DNA of 64,000 nt from Octopus vulgaris (taxonomy: Eukaryota): positions 2,480,001-2,544,000 of the forward strand of contig OX597818.1 in NCBI GenBank assembly GCA_951406725.2. The letters run 5' to 3'. Shown one piece after another: positions 49,501 through 61,800 of the stretch. Both the position numbers and the translations under genes were made by a program. The notes beneath the pieces are model-generated. The model was not told the DNA's origin. It saw nothing but the letters and a program-made list of their open reading frames with translations, and ran no database searches. Within the stretch, counting starts at the first letter, position 1. Each line of letters opens with the position of its first letter.

Positions 49501-50141
49501 CAAGGTTGTTTTGTTTTCAGAAAAACAGGTGGGGTCTTTTTGCATCCATCTATATCTCGGGAAACACGCTGTCATCCCTGAATGTTCTCCTTCTTTGGTT
49601 ATTTCATATTACTGCAAATATGGCTTTGTACAAGTGTGACCAATTTTCTGTTACTTCTAGAATGATGAGCCGACAAAGTTTTCGTAAGATAATTTAAATA
49701 TATGTAGTTGTTTTCCTTATATTAATCTGAGACATATAATGATGTGTAGATAACTGTATATCCATGGGTGAAAGTGTTTGGTGTATCCAACATTTTTTAC
49801 TCATTTGGTACTTTTCGTCCATGTGTGTCAGTCATAATCAACATGTTGAATGTATTTTGTAATCAAACTTTGTTACAAGAAAGTTGTATATCAGAAAGTC
49901 AAATATCAGTAAAACCCTGTTCAAATAATTTTTGTATTTAAGTTTGTCTCATTTTCGTATTTTTCTTATTTTGTAGTCTACTGTACATTTGCCATACATT
50001 TGTATAAACAAGCTGTACACCTACTCATATGTTACATGATGTAACATATGAGTAAAAAATAAATGGCTCCAAAAGTTTAAACCATTGTTCGCCTTTGTTA
50101 TCACAGTGGTGATTGTGACCCCGCTCGCCTATATTTCTACA
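46520..50141 (+). mobile_element. 5'-truncated BEL/Pao LTR retrotransposon
   Basis: ADIESMYHQV, LRFLW, FYVDD, FSDAS, VAPLK...LELQAA, MANLPRERV, SDNGTNFVGA, LTPNHLL; PPT ggggagggg then TGT at 49451; LTR end is approximate. Confidence 0.88.
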
Positions 50142-50669
50142 CAAAGCAGTAACAGAGACAGAAACAAATATAGGTATATCAAATACTATACAATATAAAT
50201 TTTCCATTTATTAAAATTTTCTCCACTTCCAGAGAATGTTTCACAATTACCACATGGCAATTAAGGCCATTTCAGCTTGTGAAGGGGAAATAATCTCAAA
50301 AATGATGAATCCTCCAAAATGACAGGGTATTAAGGAAAATAACAGAAACATTGTCTAGTGATAAGAGCACAGTTGGGGACACATGTTTCTGCTTTGTCAG
50401 CATGACAATTATCTGACCCTGTTTCCAGCAGCCAAGAGACTTACATATATACAAAAAAGCAGAATACATTTATAGCCTCAATAATTTGCATGAATTAAAC
50501 AAAAGTGAACTAACAGAAATAACTCAATGTGGCCAGTATTATGATTTTGATCACACAGAAAATACAGGTGTATCAAATACCATACAACATAAATTCTTGA
50601 TTTATTGAAATTATCTCTATCTCCAGAGAATATAGCACAATTTGCCAACTCATTTGAATTCTCCCTCCC

Positions 50670-52830
50670 AATCATCATCATCATCATCATTATCTTTATC
50701 ATCGTTTAACATCTGTTTTCCATGCTAGCATTGGTGGTATGGTTCGACTGGGGTCTGGGAAGCCAGGAGGCTGCACCAGGCTCCAGTCTGATCTGGCAAT
50801 GTTTCTACAGCTGGATGCCCTCCCTAACACCAACCACTCTGTCAGTGTAATGGGTGCTTTTTACATGCCACTAGCACGGAAGCCAGTCAAAGCAGCACTG
50901 GCATTGGCCATGTTCAGATGGTGCTTTTTATGTGCCACCGGCACGATTATCACAGCAACAAGTTCCATTTGATTTTCATTTTGATGTTGATGTACTTGAC
51001 TCAATAGGTCTCCTCAAGCATAGCAGGTCACCCTACGATCCAAGGTACTTTTGAATGGGCTGGAGCTGGTTATGCAAAACTGGTGTAGGATATAGCTGTG
51101 AACTCACTTTATTTGCCGAGTCTTTGCAGTCACAGCATATCTCCAGAGGTCTCAGTCTTTCGTCATTGCCTCTGTGAGGCCCAACGTTTGAAGGTCATGC
51201 TTCACTACCTCATCCCATGTCTTCCTGGGGCTACTTCTACTCTGGATTCCTTCAACTGTTTGGGAGTGGCACTTCTTCACACAGCTCTCCTCATCCATCT
51301 GTAGTACATGCGCAAACATCTCTCTTGCATGCTACATCCAATGCTTCTTATGTCCAGCATTTCTCTCAGGGTGCTTACACCCTGTTGTGTGTGCACACTG
51401 ACATTACACATCCAGCAGATCATGCTAGCTTCCTTTCTTTTGAGCCTATGCATGTCCTCCACAGTCACAGCCCATGTTTCACTGTCGTGAATTCAAATGA
51501 CGTGGCAAATTGTGCTATATTCTCCGGAGATAGAGATAATTTCAATAAATCAAGAATTTATGTTGTACGGTATTTGATACACCTGTATTTTCTGTGTGAA
51601 ACATGGCAGTTCGCACACATGCATCATACAATCTACCTTTCACTCTGAGCGGGAGGCCCTTTGTCACCAGTAGGGGTAGAAGCTTTCTGAACTTTGCCAA
51701 GGCTATTCTTATTCTAGTGGTAACACTCTTTGAGCATCCACCCCCACTACAGAAATTGGTCACCTAGGTAGTGGAAGCTATCAACTAATTCTAGTCTCTC
51801 CCCCTGGCATGTGATGGAATCTGTTTTCTGAGCACCTGCGGTGTTTATTCCCCCTGTGAATCTAGTTCACACAAAAGCTATCTTCCCGGTTAATCTTCCT
51901 TTGATGTTGTTGCACCTCTTATGTGTCCATAGCTTACACTGGGTACATCTTATGGAGTTTCTACCAACACCTTTTCTACAAATCAAGCAGTGTGATGAGT
52001 TCACCTTCCTACTTACTAGAACTTTGGTCTTTGCTACATTGACTTTAAGGCCTTTTGATTCTAAACCTTGCTTCCACCCCTGAAATTTCTTCTCTAGTTC
52101 TGGTAGTGATTCTGCTATGAGGGCCAGTTGTCGAACCAGGAATATAGCATCAGTGATGCTTCTACCCGGAACAAAACTGAACGGCATCTCATCTTAATGA
52201 GATGGGCTATGACCCTCCCTATGACCTTCATCACCTGATCCAGCAGTTTGTTATCCCTGTAGTTATTTCTATCTAGAGCATCACCTTTAGCCTTGTAGCA
52301 GTTAACTATGGTGCTACTACGCCAGTCATTGGGTATGGCTCCATTTTGAACTACCTGGTTTACAATACGGGTGACTAGGCCGTAGCAAATACCACTAGAT
52401 ATTTTAAGCATCTCAGCAGTGATTCCTGATGGGTTAGGAGCTTTTCCTGGCTTCATACCCTTAATTGCTTTATCTACCAAGGAGCTATCTATTCGGATAG
52501 CTGGTCCCTCTACTGAGTCAACATTTGGCAGGCTCTCCTCCTCCCATTCATTCTCCACATTCAGCAGTCTTTCATAATGGCTTCTCCAAGCCTCCTTCTT
52601 TTCAGAATCATTAAAAGCAAGTGCACCATCATCCATGCAGACACATTTCTCTCCTGTGACATCACAATTTTCTCTCACACACTGTCTTGCAATCTGAAAT
52701 ACTTCAGTTCTTTGGTCCTCACGTCGCTGGACATTGGCAAACTTCTTCTTTTCTGCTTCGCCCTTGGCTATGTATACCTGCCACCCAGCCTCCTTTTGGG
52801 TTACCTGGTACAGTTCCCTGCTACCCCCAC
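50670..52830 (-). mobile_element. Decayed RTE LINE (same family as 17840) with (ATC)n tail
   Basis: KPGKAP.PSGI, YKAKGDALDRNNYR, GRSITDAIF, CLICRKGVGRNSIRCTQCKLWTHKRC, VKGRLYDACVR. Confidence 0.88.
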
Positions 52831-53971
52831 CAATGTTATTAGAAATGCTATCTTAGGCATTAAAAATATTTCTCAAATGAAAATTAGTTTGTTTTTTTTC
52901 TGGTTATCTGCCAAGTATTAGGAACATGAACTGGTAGAAGACCCAATAACTTTACTCAGTTTTTAAATCATCTTGAAAATATTTTACATCATTTGTGATA
53001 TAGCTGTCTCATTTTAACTCATTTGACACCTGTACAAGTAGTCAGAAACAGTTCTTTCATGTATTTTTTAATACTAGTACAAATCCATCACTATACAACT
53101 GTATAAAAATATTTCTAAATCATGCCTGTACAGTCATAAATTGTACAAATAAGGTTCAGATTAATTTTGTTGGTGATAATTAGTAACAGTTTGAATATTG
53201 TTGAACATTTATTTAGAATACTTTTCTTCATATTCAACAGAATAAGTATATTCATTGAAGAATATCTCATACTATAACTTCAAGATAAACAACATTCCTT
53301 GTCAAAGTTCTTTTTCTAGGAAAAAAAAAGCAAAATTATATGGTGACCTCTCACCTTATATACTCTGGTTGACCAATAATGCAGTCATTATTACTGAAGC
53401 TATGTATAATTTGCCTCGTACAGCATGGACAGTATGAGTTACCTCCCCATTTTCCCTTCCCTTATCCCTCCCCCTACCTCCAAATGTTTCTCCTGAAATA
53501 AGATGTTATGGACAGGCAGACGGAGTTCAGTGTTCCTTTTATAATGTAAGACATTAGCTGATATAAGATAAGAAAATAAGATTATATATTATATTATGTA
53601 TATCATGGCACGCCGTCGGTTATGACGACGAGTTGATCTGATCAACAGAACAGCCTGCTTGTGAAATTAACGTGTAAGTGGCTGAGCACTCCACAGTCAT
53701 GTATACCTTTAATGTAGTTCTCTTTGGAATACAGGTACAACAGAAACAGGAAGAAAAGGTGAGAGGAAGTTGTGGTGAAAGAGTACTGCAGGGTTTACCA
53801 CCACCTCCTGCTTTAGGTTTTCACTCAATACACACTCACAACACCTGGTCTGGGAATCAAAACTGCAATCCCACGACCGCAAGTCCACTGCCCTAACTAC
53901 TGGACCATTGCACCGCCATATTATATATATATATATATATTAATAATGTGGGAAAATGAATTTCCAAATCG

Positions 53972-56030
53972 ATCAGGTAAACACCCTTTAGCATTACATG
54001 CATTTAATATGAAGAATATCTACTGTATATTCCACATCAGCATATCGTGCAGTGGGGTCATAATTATAATATATTTATATATACAAAATATATAATAATA
54101 GAAATTAATAATAGTTCAGTTATTGTGATTTCAAACTATAGATTTGTGGGTATTCCATTTCAGATAATGCAAAAAGAACATAATGAGTATTTATGATGGA
54201 AAACTCGTGGTATTTATATGCACATCAAGAAATAATACTTGAGGATAAAACCAGTACAATAACAGGGTATAAAATATACTACCTTAATTAGCCCTTACTT
54301 GAGTTAATATTATAATTAGAAAGGAACTACACGTGTTTCTGTATTGGAAGATCAGAATATATGTAATCATCAGATTTATAATTCTACCAACATATGTTCA
54401 GGTTCATTTTTCAAAACATTGTTCAGCTATTTTAGAATTATATTTTGTATATTTCTATATAAATATATATAAATATATTATAATCATGACCCCACTGCAC
54501 GATACGCTGATGTGTAATACACGGTATATATTCTCCATATTAAAATACATGTAATGCTAAAGGGTGTATACCTGATGACTAAGGATATACTAAAAATTGT
54601 AAAAGTGTCTTTAAAAAGGGACAACATTTATTCTAATATATTTTCCAATAAAACCATAAGAGTGGGCTACTCAACATCAAGGAATGTAGGTAATATCATC
54701 TCCTCAATAAATAATAAGAAATTGAATAATTATTATAACAGCACAATAAATAATAGCTCTAGCTATAATATAACCTCTAGTGATGGAAGTCATAATCCAT
54801 ATATAGATAAATGTTCATGTCATGATAAGACTAAATGTAAGCTCTCTAATAATTGTAATATTGACAATGTAATTTATAAATGCATAGTAATTTCTAAGAA
54901 CAATAATAATAAAAATATAAATAAAGTATATATAGGATCTACAGCTAATGAAATTAAAAAAGAATCTCCCAACACTACCAGACTTTCAAAAACCGCAATT
55001 TAAGTAAGTCCACTGGATTAAGTAAATATATATGGGAATTGAAATCTAGAAAAAGAGAGTACACCCTTAGTTGGAGTATAATAGGTAGAGCCCACTCTTA
55101 TAATATTGGGAATAAAATGTGCTTATTATGTATAACAGAATTTATGGAACTGTTACAGTCTACGGACCAATTACTAAACACATACGAAGAAAGAGGAGTT
55201 AAATGTAGACACCAAAGTAATTTTACTTTCAATAAAATAAAATACAGAACACCACCACCCACTTCAATATCATCACCACACACTTTTGATTTATACAGTA
55301 ATTGAATAGATTATATAAATAATTAAATAAATAGATTAATTAAATACTATGAAATATTACATTATAACAAACTACATATATCCCTCAACATAGTTGGATA
55401 GAATATAATAACAGAAGCAGATAATTTAATTTAAACTATGCATAGTGGAATAACCCCCTCCTTAGAACTAATCACCTATAAATTCCCAATAGTGCTCTGC
55501 TATATTCACTTCCTCTAATCACCATTTTGAATGGCATCTTAATTCCTATCACAAGTGGATATGTATCTTTATTATTTTATATTTAATCACAGACCTCTTC
55601 ATTCTGATTTATAATTTTATATTAGACATTCTATATCTGACATTCTAAGTTTGATATATGTATGCTAATTTATATTTATAATTTATAATTTTTAATTCTT
55701 AATTTTGTAATGTTTACTTAACGCTTAATTTTTATGGTGATTTCAAATAGCTGAACAATATTTTGAAAAATGAACCTGAACATATGTTGGTAGAATTATA
55801 AATCTGATGATTACATATATTCTGATCTTCCAATACAGAAACACATGTAGTTCCTTTCTAATTATAATATTAACTCAAGTAAGGGCTAATTAAGGTAGTA
55901 TATTTTATACCCTGTTATTGTACTGGTTTTATCCTCAAGTATTATTTCTTGATGTGCATATAAATAGCATGAGTTTTCCATCTTAAATACTCATTATGTT
56001 CTTTTTGCATTATCTGAAATGGAATACCCA
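53972..56030 (+). mobile_element. Penelope-like element 3' end (GIY-YIG) with inverted pLTRs
   Basis: IFSNKTIRVGYS, CSC..C...C, NVIYKC...VYIGST, WSIIGRAHSY..CLLCITE..CRH; inverted repeats 54147-54433 / 55742-56030 and 53972-54071 / 54476-54576. Confidence 0.88.
55801..55854 (+). ncRNA. Hammerhead-like motif in PLE pLTR (mirror copy at 54325-54376, minus strand)
   Basis: aat-CTGATGA-...-GAAA-CAC(A/G)TG-TA-gtt; the mirror copy has the perfect palindrome CACGTG; stem II is weak. Confidence 0.55.
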
Positions 56031-56041
56031 ATAATTGAACT

Positions 56042-56107
<66 letters not shown>

Positions 56108-56709
56108 AAATTCAGGGAATGGAGCAGGTAGAATCCAAGCTACATGTTTCCTAGCTAGCAGAACCTTGCAGTATAAGGTAATGTCTTTTTTTGTAATTAT
56201 CATTTATACTTTGGCTAAGTAATACAAATTTTTTAATGAATTAATTACTTTTGGGGGAAATTAGATTTAAATCACATATATTATGAAGATAAAAAATTAT
56301 GGTTATCTAAATTTTATTATGATAATAAATATATGATGAATAATCAAACAGTGAGAATCAATACAATGGCATACATATTTATTCTTAACACATTCTGGCA
56401 AATATGAATATGTTAGTTGTTATTGTATTTCGTCTCTTTAGAGATCACCTGTCAGACAATGTGTGTTGACAACACACTCAATACATCTACATAAAGGGAC
56501 TTTGAAACACCAGTGTTTTGACCTGGTTGTGCCTCTTTGAGTTCAACTGGTACTTATTTTACCAACCCTGAAAGGAGGAAAAACAAAGTTGATCCCAGCA
56601 GTTTTTGAACTCAGAACATAAAGATGGAGAAAATAATTTGAAATTAATATTGATCTCCATCTATATGAATTGATATTGTAGAAATGCCAAAGCTGAAAGT
56701 AATATTTAC

Positions 56710-56827
56710 CTTTGTTTAAACACTTTTCTTTTATTTTTCCTAGTGTAATTGCTTCTGTTACATTCTGCACAGCCAATCTCTTCACACTCAGCATTCAGAT
56801 TAATATATAATTCATTTGGAGATAAAT
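56710..56827 (-). CDS. Exon of the KIAA1549-like gene (LSPNELYINLNAECEEIGCAECNRSNYTRKNKRKVFKQ)
   Basis: ttttattttcag acceptor, AG|gtaaat donor, phase 1 to 2, open frame. Confidence 0.8.
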
Positions 56828-58354
56828 CTGAAAATAAAACATAGAAAGTTAATTCGTTTTATAGAATATCTCATATAAAAAAAGATTGCTTAAGGTTCAC
56901 TTCTGAATAAAATAGTTAAAGTTTGAGAATCTTGGTCAAAACTCTCCATATTGGAAGTTACTAAGTACCATGCTTCTTCAGAAAATAACCATTCTACTGC
57001 CACCATCTGCCAACTGTTGCTAGATTTAATTCAGGATAAGAAAGAATCCCAAAGATTTCTTTAATTACATAAATACAGTTACAGTTTAAAATATTTATGT
57101 AAAATAGATATAGCCAAGGTTTAAATGTCCTATCTTAAAGATAGAACACTTAACCCTTAAGTATCCCATTTTCTACAACCAGCCTCAACAAGCACATCTA
57201 CCTTTTTTGTTTTCAGTTATACATTTTAAAACATGCACCCACACAATTTATGAGATAGCAGTCGTGGCTAACAGACATCTGTCACAATCAAGAGAAAACA
57301 GATAATAGAAGACTTAAAATAATTGAATGTTACTGGATAATATTAATATTTTATGTAACAATGTGTATAGCATTTATAACGTCTATACAAACATAGAATG
57401 GTGCTAGTTGTAATATTTTATTACAAAGTCTCTCACGAGACATTTTGAGCTAAAAGCACACAGCTCACTCATCTTAACTATATTGTAATACTGATTCCAA
57501 ATTTTGACACAAAGTCAATAATTATGGGGGAGGGTTAAGTTAATTACATTGACCCCAGTGCTCAACAGGTACTTATTCTTTCGACCCTGAATGAATGAAA
57601 TACAAAGTTGACCTCAGCAGAATTTGAACACAATGCAATGATATACAAAATACCACAAAGCATTTTTCTCTGTGTGCTAACGGTTCTGCCAGCTCACCAC
57701 CTTTTAACTATATTATGATACTGGATATCATAAACAATATCAATGATATTACAACACAAGAATGATAAAATTGTTAATCATAAAATATCTTAGATAAATC
57801 ATTATGATCCGATCATTAAAAATTATAATTTACTGGACTTTTATCCTCATCTTTAATGTTTGCAATATCATATCCACACAAAGATATTTCATCGGCCTTC
57901 ATGTTCTAAGTTCAAATTCCACCAAGATCAACTTTGCCTCTCATACTTTTGGGGTCGATAAAATAAGTATCGGTTGAACACTTGGGTCGATATAATTGAC
58001 ATCACCATTTCCTCAAACTTGCTGGCCTTATACCAAGATTTGAAACCAAAATTATATCTACACTAAGTTTAAATTGGTTTATCTCTGATCATAATCAAAT
58101 GTTTTATTTTTGGAGACCAAACCGAAAGGTGTAGACGTAAATATTGAAAATATTTCTAAAGATGAAGTTAATAGCCTTGAATATCAATAAATGAAAACAA
58201 ATATTAATAATAATAATATTTAACATACTGACATCCATCACCTCCAATAAAAGTATTATATATTTTATGATGTAAGAATGATGTGAAAGCACTCTAGTTA
58301 TAGAAGTGAAGAGAACAATGATGTTTCATATAGGAAAATACTGTTGTTTGGTAC

Positions 58355-58418
58355 CTTGTTGCATCTGCAGTTCTTGTTGTTGCAGATTCTGTCTTCTTTC
58401 ACAACAAGCTTTGTCAAA
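58355..58418 (-). CDS. Exon of the KIAA1549-like gene (FDKACCERRQNLQQQELQMQQ); upstream exons presumably lie beyond the window
   Basis: tttgttgtag acceptor, AAG|gtacca donor, phase 0 to 1. Confidence 0.75.
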
Positions 58419-58839
58419 CTACAACAAACAGAAATTGTCAATTAAACACATTAGATACTAAAACTTGTAGTAAATGGCTGTGGAGGTGAATAGAAGAGAG
58501 AGAAATGACAGATGGGGAACCAGAATAGGTAGGTGGAGGGAGTATCAGTGTGATTAGAGTGGGTGAGAGTGTGATATAGTGATATAGGGGTGGAACGGTG
58601 GTGAACAGTAACTGAGATGAGTAATGCTAAAAGTGAATGATGGATGTCAATAACAAAAGGCCTGGAGGATGACACTTGCCCAAAGTACTGCACAGTAGGA
58701 CTGAACCTGAGCTCAAATGGTTAGTTAAGTAAACTTCTTATCCATACAACCATGCCTATACATGTGTGTGCATGCATGCATATACATATATATAACACAA
58801 CCCCCCCCCCACACACACACACACACATGTATTACAAGG

Positions 58840-61800
58840 GCTAATTCTATGAGGCAATTTTACAGATTACTTTGATGATAAATGATAATGACCTCATATT
58901 CATGGCTGATAACTTCAATGGACATGCTGGGCAGCATCCAAGTAATAACCATCCTAGAAATGAGGAGAGAACAAAACTCTTATAGTTCTCTGATGCAAAT
59001 GTTCTGATGACCTGTGACATGAACTTCAAGAAACCAGCCAATCACCAGATCACCTATCAATCATGTGGGCACACAAGGCAGATTCATTACAGAAAGTTGC
59101 TTGCTTCTTGGATGAGCAATGTATAACCTAGCATAGATTAATAGCTAGTGACTTCAGATTAGGAGCTTAAAGGACTCAGAGACACAAACCACTTAAGAAA
59201 AGGAAGTTCTGGAAATTTAAAGATCCAGTGAACAGTCAGAAATTTAGGGATGTATAAATTGAAACATTTAACTCATAGTTTCATCAGGACAACCTATAGA
59301 GGGCAACAGACCAAATCTGTGGCTGATGCAATGTTCCAGTCAGACCAAAGGTGATATGAGGATGGAACAGGGAAGCTGACAAAGCCATAAATGTAAAGAG
59401 ACAGGCCTGGACAAAATGGAACAATGGAGTAGCAGAAAAATATGCCAGGTAGTTCAAAGAGAAGCTAGGCTAGCTGACAGGTCAATCTAGCAATGAAAGA
59501 AATAGAAAGGAAGAAGTTTGCCAATGTTCTGGCATGAGGTTTTCTCCATTGCAAGACAGTGTGCTTGAGAAAATCATGAAGTTGTGGGAGAGAAGTGCAT
59601 ACAGTTGGATAATGATACACTTGCACTTAATGATTTTGAAAAGAAAGAGGCAACAATGGAAAGCTACTAAATGAGGGTAATGCATGGGAGAAAGACAGAT
59701 TTCCTACTGGACCAAACAGAGAGACCAGCTGAATTGACAGCAGTATGATAGATAAAGTAGTGAAGGATATGAAGACAGGAAAAGCCTCTGGTCCATCAGT
59801 AATTACTGCCAAGATGATGTCACCCATATAACTAATTAAGTTGTACAGGAAGGTATCATACCCAATAACTGATGTAGCAGTATTATAACACTAGGTAACA
59901 AATTTCAACTTTTTTTTGTTACAGACATACAAACTACTGATTCCTACTAAATTTCTGATGCTAATTCCAGATCTGATATCTAAATTTCTCTATCATGTGC
60001 AGATTTTGTATAGCCAAAATCCCCTATTTTTCATTTTTTCTCACTCACTCCTATTATGAAAGCCATCTAAGCAACTTTTCCATGCCACATTTTATGTTAA
60101 GCAATCAAACTTAAATAATTAGTGAATAGAGATGTCTTTCCTCCTTTTTCCAGCTTAGAACAGACAATGGAATTCTGCTTGGCAGAGTTACCACCCCAGT
60201 GTCCAGCCATCCATCCAAAGCGCATTAGTATTTTGTTGTTACTACCGAAAGGCAACTTCCTGTCCTTAAGTGAAACTTTAGTGTTTCCTCTTCTTTTGCC
60301 ATGTGTAGGATGACAAACTCTCCTTCTGCTGGAACCTACAATAATCTCCCATCATATTTGAGTTGAAATTACTTTGGTATCTGTTTCCCATAATTGAGAT
60401 CTGGTAGTGGAAGCATTCACCATGCTCGTCACTCACAGCCCCAAGGTTGGCTAGGAAGAAGTCAAGATGAGAATCTAAAAAATCCATTTTCAAAGACACT
60501 CTGCATTCCATTTTTTCATAAGATTTAAGCATGTTTTCTATGAGTTCATGGTGGTTTTCAGCTTTGTGGTTTCCAAGAAAAGTTTTGACAATTTCAACAA
60601 AATATGTATCATTTAGATTAGATGGAAACAATGAGTCATGGAGAACACTGTGCATTTGTAGTCCAGTGAAAACTCCAGCTTCTAGCTTAGCACCTGTCAA
60701 TATCCCTTTAAATATTGGAAACCACTACCTTAATAATCCATACCCTACACAAACTTTTTTATAAAGCCAGTTTAATGTGAAGTAATGGAAGATGTACTTT
60801 CTGAGGGTCAATAAATGCTGGGTGTTTCACATTTTCTTTACTAACAACATATTCTAGATGGCTGATCATATTTTTTGTTCTGGTCATCTCTGTTATTCTA
60901 TAGACATGGCACGAAACTGCTATGATATTTTGCATCATTGACTGAAGAGGAAAACTAAACTGTAAATATTCCTTGTATCATGTCTTTGTCTAATTTCCCG
61001 TCCATTTAGTTTTCATCTAGTTTCCCATTTGCTCTGCTTTCATTTAACTTTTTCTCCTTGTTGTAGTCTTTCTGTTCAATCCTTAACACATACATATGTT
61101 TTGTGTAGCCCAACTGTAACCCAAAAAGTAATAACTTTAGAGTCACCACAAATATTACATATGTGGTCCTTATATTTTGATGAGTCTTAGCAGCAGTTCT
61201 ATTGGTTCATAAGTCTCATTAAGGCCAGTGGCATGTGCTAAAGGTATTGAAGGTTTTTCATTGCCATTGTGCAGTAATACAGCTTTAAGGTCAGCTTTAC
61301 TAGAGTCAATGAACAGTCTCCATTCTTTTGGATCATAGTGAAAGTCAATCCTTTCCATCAGACCACTGAGGTTGTGGCAGAAACAGAGGTTTACCTTCTG
61401 TAAGTAAAATGATGAAAACTGCAGATAGCTTTGGTGGAAATGGGAAACTTTGGTATTTGGCAGGAGGAAATTCCATTCTTGAATCTAGAAACCAAGTAAC
61501 TCTGCCTTTTCTTTTGGTAATTCCAAATTGTGCAGCACTAAGTCATTTAACATCCACTTGACTTAATAAATGTGAGGAACTAGTTGCATCTGGAACATAT
61601 ACACCATCTTTCCCTATTTCTATATCACTAGCAGAATCTCCAGATGAACTACTTTCTTCAAAAACCAGTCTACTTGACTTTCTTCATGTAGCAACAGACT
61701 ATTGAGCTGTTACTATGCTCCTGACTTAGTGTTTCCAACTTGGGATAAATTTTATTGATCAAAATTGATAGAGTTTGTATATAGTTGGCGAATAAAAATT

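Noticed and set aside
53355-53493. Minus-strand segment with a good acceptor and donor
   Set aside because: The full segment has stops in all frames; a shorter phase 2-2 version is possible but unsupported
54572-54590. CTGATGA at the PLE junction as a hammerhead
   Set aside because: No downstream stem II or GAAA; its inverted partner reads CTGATCG
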